This document shows, one piece after another, positions 31,197 through 40,419 of a stretch of DNA of 64,000 nt. The translations under genes were made by a program, and so were the position numbers. Position 1 is the stretch's first letter. Every line of letters begins with the position of its first letter. Location of the stretch: the sequence record GU911519.1; one strand, 5' to 3'. Origin of the DNA: Acinetobacter phage Acj61. Under the pieces are notes generated by a model. That model searched no databases. It was not told where the DNA came from and saw nothing but the letters and a program-made list of their open reading frames with translations.

Positions 31197-32098
31197 ATGG
31201 TATTGCATTTACATTAGATGAATTCAATAGCCAGGTTATCAATGCAGACTTTCAGAGAACAAATATGTTCTCTATGGTCTTCGCAACAAAACCTAATGGC
31301 AAGACACAAGAGTTACTCAACAACGTCGGTAACTCAGTAGCTGAAATGATTCCAGAAACGTTAGATGCGTTAGGAGTTACACAAGGTGTCTTGACACAGG
31401 CTATCACAACAGTCATTACAATGGGCAGTCGTAAGATTGTCCGTAAAGCAGGTGTTAGTAAGGTTCTAATTGGCGCTATGACTAACCGAGTATTTCAGTC
31501 ACTTCTCGGTGAATTGAAAGTTGGTACATACTTACTCGATTACTTCAACATGGTCTTTCCAACGTCAGGTTTAATGGTCCAAGCGGTTAAAATCCCAGAC
31601 AATAAGTTAAACCATGAAATGGATCGTTTGCATAACTCTCCTAATATCAAAATTACCGGCCGAGATTTCGAACCACTTGTAATTACGTTCCGAATGGACT
31701 CGGCTGCTGTCAACTATCGTTCGATGAATGATTGGGTCAACTCGGTTGAAGACCCAGTTACAGGTTTACGAGCTCTACCAAGTTCAGTAGAAGCTGACTT
31801 GCAAATCAATTTGCACGCGCGTAATGGGCTCCCACACTCGGTTGTGCTGTTCACAGGTTGTGTACCAGTTGGAGTCACGTCGCCTCAATTGTCATATGAA
31901 GACAATAACCAAATCACTACATTTGATGTCATCTTTGCATACCGAACCATGTCGATGGGACCTGTTGAATTGCAAGCTGCCAAAGAATGGATGGAAGATA
32001 CTGCCATCAAATTAGGCAAACAAGCAATGGACCCAAATATTAACTTATCATCTCATTCTCGTTTGAGTGGTAGTGCAAATGGTATCGCTAAGCTATAA
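31193..32098 (+). CDS. gp54: baseplate tail-tube initiator gp54
   Basis: 301 aa, versus 320 aa for T4 gp54. It is a gp19/gp48 paralog by position. Confidence 0.75.
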   Translation: MNGIAFTLDEFNSQVINADFQRTNMFSMVFATKPNGKTQELLNNVGNSVAEMIPETLDALGVTQGVLTQAITTVITMGSRKIVRKAGVSKVLIGAMTNRVFQSLLGELKVGTYLLDYFNMVFPTSGLMVQAVKIPDNKLNHEMDRLHNSPNIKITGRDFEPLVITFRMDSAAVNYRSMNDWVNSVEDPVTGLRALPSSVEADLQINLHARNGLPHSVVLFTGCVPVGVTSPQLSYEDNNQITTFDVIFAYRTMSMGPVELQAAKEWMEDTAIKLGKQAMDPNINLSSHSRLSGSANGIAKL

Positions 32099-32101
32099 AT
32101 A
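32094..32101 (+). promoter_or_regulatory. late promoter TATAAATA for alt
   Basis: An exact octamer lies 26 nt upstream of the ATG at 32127. Confidence 0.55.
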
Positions 32102-32126
32102 CAATTAAACATATTTGGAGAATATC

Positions 32127-34214
32127 ATGGATCAATTTGATCTTGAACAATTGAATGAAGTATTCGATGGCCCAGAAGACAATAATTATGACGTTGTAGA
32201 TTTAATGCCTAAAGCAAAAACGCCTCAAATGTTTTTGCTTAAAGGTGAAGGAATCCACAATCTAGTAGTTCGTTTGATGGCACAAAAAGAAGGTGGTGAT
32301 ACTCTTCGTAATTTGATGCCTAATGACAAGAACGTCGTTGTTTTCGTCATGACATTGAATGACAAAGGTAACCTTGGTGAGTTGAAAGGTGGACTTGGTG
32401 GAAATCCAGTTCGTGCTCTTGTAACTATCTTTGACACAGTTTATAAAGCAATCAATCCTACTGTTACACAAACAATCATGTTCCGATTCCCAGCCAAGAA
32501 AATGGGTGGTCAAGAACGATCAGTTCGTCGTGTACTTGAACGTTTGATTAAAGTTCGTGGTAAGAATCACTTTGCCGTACTTTCTGAACTTGCAAATTAT
32601 TCAGCAAAATATTCATATGTTGTAGCTCACAAACGCAACATGGAATATACCGATTTGCCAGGCGCATCTGTTGACACAGAAAAATTTAAGAAAGTAGATA
32701 CTAAAGTTGGTGACGTTTATATCGATAACGACACAGGAAAAGAAACTACCTTGGCTAATGCCGTTGCTGGAGAAATAGCTAAAAAGTATGACAAGATCAC
32801 AACTGCGTCGGTTATTTCAAAAACTAAGTTGAGTCGTAAAGTTTTGATGGGTGCTATGTACTCAGCTGAAGTATTCAATACTAAACGTAATTCTGAGAAT
32901 CAAGAGCTGTTTGATAATTTCTCGGATAGCAACTCAGTTCATGAATCGACTGGTACAAAGTCGCCGATTCAAAAGGACATCAATACCATCGATATGCCTG
33001 CTCTCGGCAAATACTTAGAAGACTTCCAAGTCAAAGGCTGGAAAACTTCGGACTCGGTTTCACAAATGCATACTTTCAAACTTAAAGATGCTATTGAAGG
33101 TATCGCTAAGAGCAAATTAGCATTTAAACCAGGTGGAAAGGACAGTGCAGCAATTACTAACACATTGATTAATGGAGTTGGTGCTATTATTTCTAAGGCT
33201 AGCCCGAAGAACTTACAAGCAGCAATCGTTGAAATTTCTGAGTTAGTTTCTCGTACGGACTTTGGCGAAATGGAAAAGTGGGAACGTATTTCTATAACAC
33301 GAACAATCATTGCAGCAGTTCTTAACGGTCCTGTTGGAAATCGAATTCGTGAAGCATACACATCAGATGCATCAAAAAAGGAAACTTACTACCAATATCC
33401 TAAAGAGCAGATTGAAGCTATCGAAACATATACAGGTTATCGATATGAGAACATCAACAATTTCTTGATTGGACTCGACGAGAAGCTCCACCCCGAAGAT
33501 TTGAAGACTATTCGGAATCTTGATGAAGCATTCAAAAATGGTTCAACATTGGAAAAGGGCACAGTTCTTTATCGTGGTCAAAAGATGAAGATCGATCAAG
33601 TACGCCCTATGCTTGACAACAAAGTACTTTATTTCAAGAACTTTGTTTCAACATCATTGCAGCCGGTGATTTATTCACAATTTGCAAATAGTACTCCAAA
33701 CATCGAACCTGGTGCTCAGGACCAGACCGATTTCACGTCTGCTGATTTAGCTCAATCTACATCATTTGATGATGGTGATAAAGAACGAATTGAAGACAAC
33801 GATTCACGAGTATCTGTTGATTGTGGTATTGTAATCAAAGGTGCTGATAAAATCAACGTTATTATTCCAGGTGCTGTTTCATCATATCCAATGGAATGTG
33901 AAGTAATTCTTCCTCGTGGTACAGCTCTCAAAATCACTAAAGCATTAGGTGAACGAGCCGATGGAAGTTCTGAAGGTACTATGTTGCTTGAAACAAATGT
34001 CATTTCAGCCGATCAACTTGATGAAAGCACTGACGTTTATGATGGTGACACATTCTTGACTGAAGGACGTCTCGAAAAGATCAATCCATTTAGTTTCTCT
34101 GCGTTCTACAACAACGAGGTTATAAGTGAAGCGATAATTCCTGATGATAGTTCTGCCGCAGAGTTATTGTTAGCCATTATTGATTTAAGTGATCTATCAA
34201 ACAAGTTTAAGTGA
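32127..34214 (+). CDS. alt: Alt, packaged mono-ADP-ribosyltransferase
   Basis: 695 aa from the ATG at 32127, versus 682 aa for T4 Alt. The track start at 32115 is a TTG. The C-terminal ART core carries YRGQKM and an ExE-type VILPRG...EGTMLLE, as in T4 Alt. Synteny is 54-alt-30. Confidence 0.8.
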   Translation: MDQFDLEQLNEVFDGPEDNNYDVVDLMPKAKTPQMFLLKGEGIHNLVVRLMAQKEGGDTLRNLMPNDKNVVVFVMTLNDKGNLGELKGGLGGNPVRALVTIFDTVYKAINPTVTQTIMFRFPAKKMGGQERSVRRVLERLIKVRGKNHFAVLSELANYSAKYSYVVAHKRNMEYTDLPGASVDTEKFKKVDTKVGDVYIDNDTGKETTLANAVAGEIAKKYDKITTASVISKTKLSRKVLMGAMYSAEVFNTKRNSENQELFDNFSDSNSVHESTGTKSPIQKDINTIDMPALGKYLEDFQVKGWKTSDSVSQMHTFKLKDAIEGIAKSKLAFKPGGKDSAAITNTLINGVGAIISKASPKNLQAAIVEISELVSRTDFGEMEKWERISITRTIIAAVLNGPVGNRIREAYTSDASKKETYYQYPKEQIEAIETYTGYRYENINNFLIGLDEKLHPEDLKTIRNLDEAFKNGSTLEKGTVLYRGQKMKIDQVRPMLDNKVLYFKNFVSTSLQPVIYSQFANSTPNIEPGAQDQTDFTSADLAQSTSFDDGDKERIEDNDSRVSVDCGIVIKGADKINVIIPGAVSSYPMECEVILPRGTALKITKALGERADGSSEGTMLLETNVISADQLDESTDVYDGDTFLTEGRLEKINPFSFSAFYNNEVISEAIIPDDSSAAELLLAIIDLSDLSNKFK

Positions 34215-34220
34215 TACACG

Positions 34221-34248
34221 AATGGGACTCAATTGAGTCCCATTTTTT
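34221..34248 (+). terminator. rho-independent terminator after alt
   Basis: The stem AATGGGACTCA at TGAGTCCCATT is followed by TTTTGG. Confidence 0.75.
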
Positions 34249-34251
34249 GGC

Positions 34252-34428
34252 TTAGATGATAGTGGCTTTTCGATGAATTACGAATCCAACACCTTCTTCT
34301 GCATGTACTAATTCATTCAAGAATTTCTCTTGAGCAGCCTTAGTTTTGATGTTGAGTTCAATTAATTGAACTGCTGGACTGACGCCTTGTTCTTTGCTTA
34401 CTACGATAACTTCTAATAAGATTGCCAT
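34252..34428 (-). CDS. hypothetical small protein (58 aa from the internal ATG)
   Basis: A GAGGTG RBS precedes it. The context TAACATG overlaps the gp30 stop. Confidence 0.35.
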   Translation of the reverse strand: MAILLEVIVVSKEQGVSPAVQLIELNIKTKAAQEKFLNELVHAEEGVGFVIHRKATII

Positions 34429-34429
34429 G

Positions 34430-35893
34430 TTACACCTCTTGGAATACGAATTTAGCATCAGGGAATGCTTCTTCGAATGTGTTAGTTTCAGTTTTGTCAA
34501 TACGAAGTTTTTGGATGATTGGTAAGAATAAGCTTACGTTCGAAGTACGACCTTCTGCAGCAACCCATCCATTACATTTGATTTCTGCAATAGTACCAAT
34601 CAATTGATCTTTGATTGTCCATAAACGTTTGCGGTTCAATTCATCAAGTTCTTCAAATGGAATATCGATCCATTGTCCTTTAACTTTGATTTGATCTGTG
34701 TCTGTGAAGCCAGAACCACAACGTACTTTGATTTTTCCATCGTCTGACGCAAGAATCACTGCACCAAGTTTATTTTCATCTTTTGAATGGACTTGAACAT
34801 CGACAATACGTAGATCGACCATCAATTCTTCTTTGAACTTCACCAAGTTCTTAGAACGTTTGTTTTCCCAGATCGAATCGATATTTTTGAGGATGATACC
34901 TTCAAGACCTTGTTCAACATAATTTTTGTAGATATCCTTAGCTTCTTCAAGGTTGTTGACTAATGTGTTTTCGATTGTTAAGATTCGTGGAGAACCTTCA
35001 AACAATGATTCAAGTTGTTCAAAACGAACTTTGTATGAACTTGATTTTTCTGAATCATAAATCGCTGTAGTTGGAACCAAATCCCAAACTTGGAAGCTCA
35101 TGTATGCAGCTTCTTGCTGATTGATTGTACCTTTAAGAGATTTGTTTGCAATGCCGTTTGATTCAGAACGAAGAACTACTGCCTTTTGATCTTGTTCTCC
35201 CATCATCGTTTCAAGTGCAGTTTTTGGAGCAGATGGAGCGATGTAAACAAGTTCGCCATCAACCATTACTGAACCATGAACTTCACGATATGCTTTAGTA
35301 CGAGCAATCAATTCTTTTTTGAGGTTGTCGAGGCCTTTGTACTCATTACCTGCACGAGAGTACATTTTGACATCTTCGACGTCATCGCCATAAATTTCAG
35401 CGAAACAACGAGCTCCATCAGCTTTTAACTGCGCATACGCTGGGAATTTGATGAATGATAACGCCTTTTCTGAATATGAACTTGCAAGCATTTGAGGTTG
35501 TTTTGGAATCAAATCTTTCCAAACTTTGTTAGCCATAGTAGCTGAAGCACCACATTCAAGATCACGTTTGATGATTCGTTCAACGATAATTGCATCGGCT
35601 TGTGGAAGACCAGATAGATAATCAGCTAACATTGTAATTGCAGCATTGCCGGTTACTTTACGAGTAGCAATAACTTTTTCAAGTAAATGAAGAACTTCTT
35701 CCAGTGTACGTTCGGTATCAGAACCTTGAATATCGTATGCAGGAATCTTTTTGATACCATATTGGAGACGCGGATGATATGCTAAACGATATACGTCGAT
35801 CATATTGGTTCGATTAGCATTAAGTTTCAAAATTGCTAACTTTTCATTAGTAGAATCAGTTGCAGCAATTTTATTCAGAACTTCTAAAATCAT
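34430..35893 (-). CDS. gp30: ATP-dependent DNA ligase gp30
   Basis: 487 aa, identical in length to T4 ligase. MILEVLNKIA, the adenylation motif QLKADGARCFAE, ASNGIANKSLKGTI and LPIIQKLRIDKT align with T4 gp30. Confidence 0.95.
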   Translation of the reverse strand: MILEVLNKIAATDSTNEKLAILKLNANRTNMIDVYRLAYHPRLQYGIKKIPAYDIQGSDTERTLEEVLHLLEKVIATRKVTGNAAITMLADYLSGLPQADAIIVERIIKRDLECGASATMANKVWKDLIPKQPQMLASSYSEKALSFIKFPAYAQLKADGARCFAEIYGDDVEDVKMYSRAGNEYKGLDNLKKELIARTKAYREVHGSVMVDGELVYIAPSAPKTALETMMGEQDQKAVVLRSESNGIANKSLKGTINQQEAAYMSFQVWDLVPTTAIYDSEKSSSYKVRFEQLESLFEGSPRILTIENTLVNNLEEAKDIYKNYVEQGLEGIILKNIDSIWENKRSKNLVKFKEELMVDLRIVDVQVHSKDENKLGAVILASDDGKIKVRCGSGFTDTDQIKVKGQWIDIPFEELDELNRKRLWTIKDQLIGTIAEIKCNGWVAAEGRTSNVSLFLPIIQKLRIDKTETNTFEEAFPDAKFVFQEV

Positions 35894-35919
35894 GGAATAA
35901 TTCCTTTGTTTGATTTGAT

Positions 35920-35957
35920 AGGACCATTATATCATGGTCCCTTAGAGATGTAAACTG
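35920..35957 (-). promoter_or_regulatory. T4 early-type promoter for gp30: -35 GTTTAC (rc of 35950-35955) and -10 TATAAT inside the palindrome GGACCATgATATAATGGTCC
   Basis: Read on the minus strand: GTTTAC, then 18 nt, then TATAAT. The element is a member of a family repeated at least 8 times. Confidence 0.6.
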
Positions 35958-35961
35958 CTGC

Positions 35962-36633
35962 TTATGATCTTTTTGGTGGACGTGCATAAGTTTTTGGAAT
36001 AACTTCGCTTGCTGCTACAGCTCCGACACATCCAGGATGGATAGCATTTAAATTCGAGATTTGTATGCAATTGATGCCTTCTGTCTTGACTGGCTCGCGT
36101 GGACCTCGAATGATGTGATAGTAGTTGATGCCTTTAGGCAGAACTTCAGCGGCATCTTCGATATTGATTGCAAGATCATCAATAAATGAAACTATACGTC
36201 CATCATATTTTTTGACAGCACTCTTGAACATGTCTGTCTTTGATTCACCAAAACCACAGCTCATGATGTCGATGAATGCACCAGGGAATAATGCATTGAG
36301 ATTTGACAGACGATTAAGAATTGCTTCAGGCTTGTCTGATAATGCTGTTACTGCAACAAAGTCATAAGTTTTCTTTGCTTCATTGACCCATGACAACGCA
36401 TCACGATACGCACTAAGGTAACGAATGAATTTACTGTTATTGTACTCTTTCAATAACTTTGTAGCAATTTCTGGATTGAGACCAAACATTTCAGCAGGTG
36501 AAATGAATGCTTCAGTACGCATTGATTCAATAGCTTTTTCAGTGTTGAGACTATGTTTAGCCAAGAAATAAGGCAAACCTGATTGCCATTGAATGAGGCA
36601 TCCATCGATATCGGTTAAAATTACATCTTTCAT
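35962..36633 (-). CDS. HAD-superfamily hydrolase/phosphatase-like protein
   Basis: 223 aa. An N-terminal DIDGCL matches HAD motif I DxDG, and SFIDD matches motif III. Confidence 0.5.
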   Translation of the reverse strand: MKDVILTDIDGCLIQWQSGLPYFLAKHSLNTEKAIESMRTEAFISPAEMFGLNPEIATKLLKEYNNSKFIRYLSAYRDALSWVNEAKKTYDFVAVTALSDKPEAILNRLSNLNALFPGAFIDIMSCGFGESKTDMFKSAVKKYDGRIVSFIDDLAINIEDAAEVLPKGINYYHIIRGPREPVKTEGINCIQISNLNAIHPGCVGAVAASEVIPKTYARPPKRS

Positions 36634-36733
36634 GCGTAAGGCCCTGCCATCAAACGAAGTGTTGAGTTGTGTGAGTTGTTTAAAGAATTTCGCAGTTTTG
36701 CTAAAAGCTCTACCAATTTTTGGTGTTCAGATT

Positions 36734-37207
36734 TCATACCATTTCCTTTAAATACAGTTCAAATTTAGAACGAACGTAGTTTAAAGCAAAAATAAATTCT
36801 TGCTCGGTTAAGATTGTATCAAATGGGTCACTTTTACCAATTGAATGAGTCAATGTGCTTCCTAATGATGCAGCCAGAGCTTGTTGGAATAACTCATTTT
36901 GTGCAAAACATTTTAGATACGCACGTGTGTACAGGCTGCGATAGTAGTCGCTATGCCGGTTGAAGGGCTGTCCTTTCCAATACAATGTTTGATCTTTAAT
37001 AACAATAGCTCGGCCCAGTTGTTTTGCTTCGATTCCGCTTTTAGAAAATAGAACCAATTGTTTTGCAGGGTCCTTTTCACGAAGTCCTTGCAAGAAGCCT
37101 TCAATTGATCCGAACACTACATCATCCATGATAAATGAGTTAGCCCATAAGTTCGAGAGAACATTAGCTGGGTATTGACCACGAGAATTAATATCAATTA
37201 CTTTCAT
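36734..37207 (-). CDS. NADAR (YbiA/DUF1768)-like protein, a putative ADP-ribose N-glycosidase/hydrolase
   Basis: 157 aa. Three segments match the three conserved NADAR blocks recalled from E. coli YbiA: LSNLWANSF versus FSNFAAWPI, SIEGFLQGLRE versus TSEHYFQAQKF, and ELFQQAL...TLTHSIGKSDP versus ELRELLL...LVEHTENDAYWG. Confidence 0.45.
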   Translation of the reverse strand: MKVIDINSRGQYPANVLSNLWANSFIMDDVVFGSIEGFLQGLREKDPAKQLVLFSKSGIEAKQLGRAIVIKDQTLYWKGQPFNRHSDYYRSLYTRAYLKCFAQNELFQQALAASLGSTLTHSIGKSDPFDTILTEQEFIFALNYVRSKFELYLKEMV

Positions 37208-37278
37208 ACTGATTTCCTCTTTAGTAGTTGATGGATTAATTATACCACAAAAGGCAGTCTAAGTAAACTGCCTTTTAA

Positions 37279-37598
37279 TTATTTTCCAACTAATTTTGAA
37301 CTCTTTTTAGGTATATGAATTGATACCCAGAGATCACGATACATTTCAACTGATTCAATGTGGACCTCTTCGCCTTCATGATGAGAATACTGGAAGAACT
37401 CATCATCAGCCTTCAAGATATGTGAACCTTCTAAAACTCGTCCCTTGATGTCTAGAACTGCTTCACCAACAGATCGACCTCGATTCACGTCAACAAATAT
37501 GTAATCCTTAGGACCCAATTGACGAGGTGTTTCCAATGTTGTAGAGTATCCAGCATCTTGGCTGTCTTCGTATAGTTGTGCAAATGAAATTGTCATTG
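37279..37598 (-). CDS. hypothetical protein (106 aa from the ATG at 37598)
   Basis: A GAGGAAA RBS precedes the ATG. The first 15 codons of the track ORF are encoded by a terminator hairpin and are rejected. Confidence 0.45.
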
Positions 37599-37610
37599 AC
37601 TTTCCTCTGA

Positions 37611-37643
37611 TACAAAAATGGCTGATAAAAATATCAGCCATTT
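37611..37643 (-). terminator. rho-independent terminator between the 82-aa and 106-aa ORFs
   Basis: A 12-bp stem AAATGGCTGATA/TATCAGCCATTT with a 4-nt loop is followed by a T-run on the minus strand. Confidence 0.6.
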
Positions 37644-37646
37644 GAA

Positions 37647-37895
37647 TTATTTAAGCGTTACAACAAAGTGACGTACTGCTTTATGAGCACGAGAGCAAAG
37701 TCGTTTTGCAAACTTGAGTTCATCAAGTTGAGATAGCTCTTCTTCCAACGCCTTTTGAGCAGGATTAAGATGCTTGAAATACTTCAAGAAGTATAGCGTC
37801 GCAGCCTGTACATCGATCGATGCACCATAATTGTCGTGGCCATTGCGCCATGCTTGACGTTGAATTGTTAGAATGTGTTTGATATTTTCTTGCAT
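37647..37895 (-). CDS. hypothetical protein
   Basis: 82 aa and helical. It is followed by a terminator. Confidence 0.4.
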   Translation of the reverse strand: MQENIKHILTIQRQAWRNGHDNYGASIDVQAATLYFLKYFKHLNPAQKALEEELSQLDELKFAKRLCSRAHKAVRHFVVTLK

Positions 37896-37955
37896 TTCGT
37901 TATCCTCAGGAGAGGTTGATCTTCAATAACATGTTGTTATTACCTAAAGATATTT

Positions 37956-37978
37956 ATAACGAAAAAAGGAGCCTTAAG
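37956..37978. terminator. bidirectional terminator-like hairpin AAAGGAGCC TTAA GGCTCCTTTT, 3' of gp31
   Basis: It is flanked by A-runs and T-runs. It sits 24 nt downstream of the gp31 stop on the minus strand. Confidence 0.55.
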
Positions 37979-38001
37979 GCTCCTTTTAAAAATTTCAAAC
38001 G

Positions 38002-38328
38002 TTAGTTTGCATATAACGCTGGCACATTGGTATAATGTACAGAAATGAATTTTTCATCGATTTCTTTTGCCAATTTTTCTTTTGTTGCAACAAGTGGATG
38101 TGGAATGTTAGCCATTTTTCCGAGAGGTACTGGAGTCATGTCACCAATTTTGAAGATACCTTCTGGGACGCCAGGACCAATGTCATGTACATAACATACT
38201 TCAGGAATTTCGCCTTGTTCACGTACACCTACAACTAAACCTGGAACAGTGTCTGAATAAATTTCAGAACCAGCTGGTTTTGCGATTGCACGTAGTACTA
38301 AGAATTCGCCTAATGCTTTAATTTGCAT
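38002..38328 (-). CDS. gp31: co-chaperonin gp31 (GroES analogue)
   Basis: 108 aa, versus 111 aa for T4 gp31. GEIPEVCYVHDIGPGVPEGIFKIGDMT aligns with T4 [27 protein letters not shown]. Confidence 0.9.
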   Translation of the reverse strand: MQIKALGEFLVLRAIAKPAGSEIYSDTVPGLVVGVREQGEIPEVCYVHDIGPGVPEGIFKIGDMTPVPLGKMANIPHPLVATKEKLAKEIDEKFISVHYTNVPALYAN

Positions 38329-38330
38329 GG

Positions 38331-38693
38331 TTATACCTCTAAATCAATGTCTGCTTGTTTAAGAACTGTATCGATATTTATACCGTCCACAGAAATTAAT
38401 TTGTCAAAGCTGAATGAACGCCATGCTGATGCTTCAACGTCGAATGTTGGTAGTGAAGTTGTACTTTCACTTCGCTCAGCGCCATCTTTACGTGGAGGTG
38501 GATTCATGAACTGTTCGAACAATTCTGCAGAAATAAGAGCAGAATCACGAGTTCCACGAAGTACACGAATCGATTTGTCTTTCTTTTCAAACACAATTTC
38601 GTGTGTACCAACTGAAAGTTTTGCTTTCAAAAATTCGCGAAGCTTGATCGAATCGCCGGTAGTTAAAATTAAATTAGTCATGTTGACCTCCAA
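38331..38693 (-). CDS. hypothetical protein
   Basis: 120 aa. It lies between cd and gp31, where T4 has rIII/31.x. No similarity was recognised. Confidence 0.4.
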   Translation of the reverse strand: MEVNMTNLILTTGDSIKLREFLKAKLSVGTHEIVFEKKDKSIRVLRGTRDSALISAELFEQFMNPPPRKDGAERSESTTSLPTFDVEASAWRSFSFDKLISVDGINIDTVLKQADIDLEV

Positions 38694-39228
38694 AATTGAT
38701 GATGTTTTCCCAATTCAGGGATGTGAGTTTTGATTTAGGCAATTGATGAACTTCAACGCCTGCATCAATAAGTTCTTGGTCCCAACCAGGTTGATTTCGG
38801 TCATACAATTCACTATACACAAGTTTCTTGATGCCGGTTTGAAGAATTGATTTCGCACATTCTCGACAAGGAGATAATGTGACATACATCGTTGCTCCAT
38901 CGATAGGAAGACCATTTTTTGCTGCGAATAAGATTGCATTCAATTCAGCATGAATTTCATGTGCTGACGACCAAGCGGAGTGAACTTCACGAAATTCGTT
39001 TTTCAAAACAACTTGATTCACATGAGGCGGCACCGGATTGTAACGCTGTTCAGTCCATCCTTGTTCATGAGCATGATCACAACAGTTCACTCCACCTTCA
39101 CGAGTACCATTATAGCCAGTCGAAATAATTCGGCCATTTTTAGCGATCACTGCTCCAACTTTCCATGATACGCATTTTGATTCTTGTGAAACAAGGTATG
39201 CGATTTGCATAAATGAACTTGGCTTCAT
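38674..39228 (-). CDS. cd: dCMP deaminase
   Basis: 184 aa. The zinc motifs HAELNAILFAA and PCRECAK are present. Long alignment with T4 Cd (AYLVSQESKC.SWKVGAVI.KNGRIISTGYNG...). Confidence 0.95.
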   Translation of the reverse strand: MKPSSFMQIAYLVSQESKCVSWKVGAVIAKNGRIISTGYNGTREGGVNCCDHAHEQGWTEQRYNPVPPHVNQVVLKNEFREVHSAWSSAHEIHAELNAILFAAKNGLPIDGATMYVTLSPCRECAKSILQTGIKKLVYSELYDRNQPGWDQELIDAGVEVHQLPKSKLTSLNWENIINFGGQHD

Positions 39229-39668
39229 ATGTTACATCCTGGTGCTGGTTCACCGAACAGTTCCCAATGCAAACGATTCTTTTGAAGATCGCATGTATCT
39301 TTGATGCTTGGCTTAGGTTTTGGAGTTTCTTTAACAGCTGGTTCAGGAACTGGGTCATTTGAACCTTCAGAATAATCGATTTCTGGATGACGCTCGATCG
39401 CTTGATTATAGTTGCTGCGTTCGTCCATCATTGTATCAACTTCATCAAATGTAGGACGTTTGAGATTTGAATCAGTTAGACGTTTTTCTGTTGCTGCATT
39501 CAAAACTTTGAGATATTGAATATCAGCTGAATAGTCTTGGCTATTCACAACTGCTAATGTTGCAGATGTAGCGCTGGCGATAGAAATGATTGATGCAAGC
39601 AAAAGATGCTTTAGCGATGCTGGAGCATTTAGGTTCATTTTGATTTCCTCTATTTCATGAATAGCCAT
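39225..39668 (-). CDS. hypothetical secreted/periplasmic protein
   Basis: 147 aa. The N-terminal hydrophobic segment LKHLLLASIISIASATSATLA is signal-peptide-like. An early promoter element lies upstream at 39680-39720. Confidence 0.45.
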   Translation of the reverse strand: MAIHEIEEIKMNLNAPASLKHLLLASIISIASATSATLAVVNSQDYSADIQYLKVLNAATEKRLTDSNLKRPTFDEVDTMMDERSNYNQAIERHPEIDYSEGSNDPVPEPAVKETPKPKPSIKDTCDLQKNRLHWELFGEPAPGCNI

Positions 39669-39723
39669 TAGGTTATGTTGATAGGACTATTATAACATAG
39701 TCCTATCATGAAGTAAATAGCTG

Positions 39724-40050
39724 TTAGGCTAATTTAACAACTAAATAACGAGTATTGCGGGTAACCAGAACTTCAAGATCAGTGTCAAGAACTTCGACTT
39801 GAGCAATACGAGATGTACGGACATAGTCTGCATCTTCGAATCGTCCAAGAGAATCACTGAACACATGACCATAGGCAACATTTGCATAAGGACGTTCAAC
39901 GATAAGAACTGCATGACAGTGATTGTCTTCTACCAACTGTTCGATATCGACATGAGCACGAATATCTTCCATGATTTCTGCTGCATCTTCATGAAGATCG
40001 TCGCTGATGAAATTATACTTTGCTTTAAGTGCTTTAACTAATGCAGTCAT
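39724..40050 (-). CDS. hypothetical acidic protein
   Basis: 108 aa. No motif was recognised. Confidence 0.4.
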   Translation of the reverse strand: MTALVKALKAKYNFISDDLHEDAAEIMEDIRAHVDIEQLVEDNHCHAVLIVERPYANVAYGHVFSDSLGRFEDADYVRTSRIAQVEVLDTDLEVLVTRNTRYLVVKLA

Positions 40051-40418
40051 TAGATTACTCCAAAATGTTTAAGGGCTAAGTTGTTATAGGCTGCGAATGA
40101 GCCTGTTAATAAAACTGTTGGATCGAGCCATTCAACTAGTCCAGTCTCCGTGTCATCAACGCCTGCATTAATATCAGAGATTCGACACAAGAATGTAGTA
40201 ACTTCATGGCTTCCACATTGATGAGTAAAGGTCATTTCGCTTGTATGAATGACTGAATAACCTGTTTCTTCAAGAACTTCGCGTTCCATTGCATCTTCGA
40301 GAGATTCATTACCATCGACCTTTCCACCAGGCATTCCAAAATCATTGTGATCATCTTTACGAGATACACACAACGCTTTACCATTACGAAGAATCAGAGC
40401 ACATACTGCTTTTTTCAT
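40050..40418 (-). CDS. Nudix hydrolase
   Basis: 122 aa. The Nudix box is GGKVDGNESLEDAMEREVLEETG. Confidence 0.8.
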   Translation of the reverse strand: MKKAVCALILRNGKALCVSRKDDHNDFGMPGGKVDGNESLEDAMEREVLEETGYSVIHTSEMTFTHQCGSHEVTTFLCRISDINAGVDDTETGLVEWLDPTVLLTGSFAAYNNLALKHFGVI

Positions 40419-40419
40419 A

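Noticed and set aside
32969-33361. 130-aa minus-strand ORF inside alt
   Set aside because: It is antisense to alt and has no expression signals.
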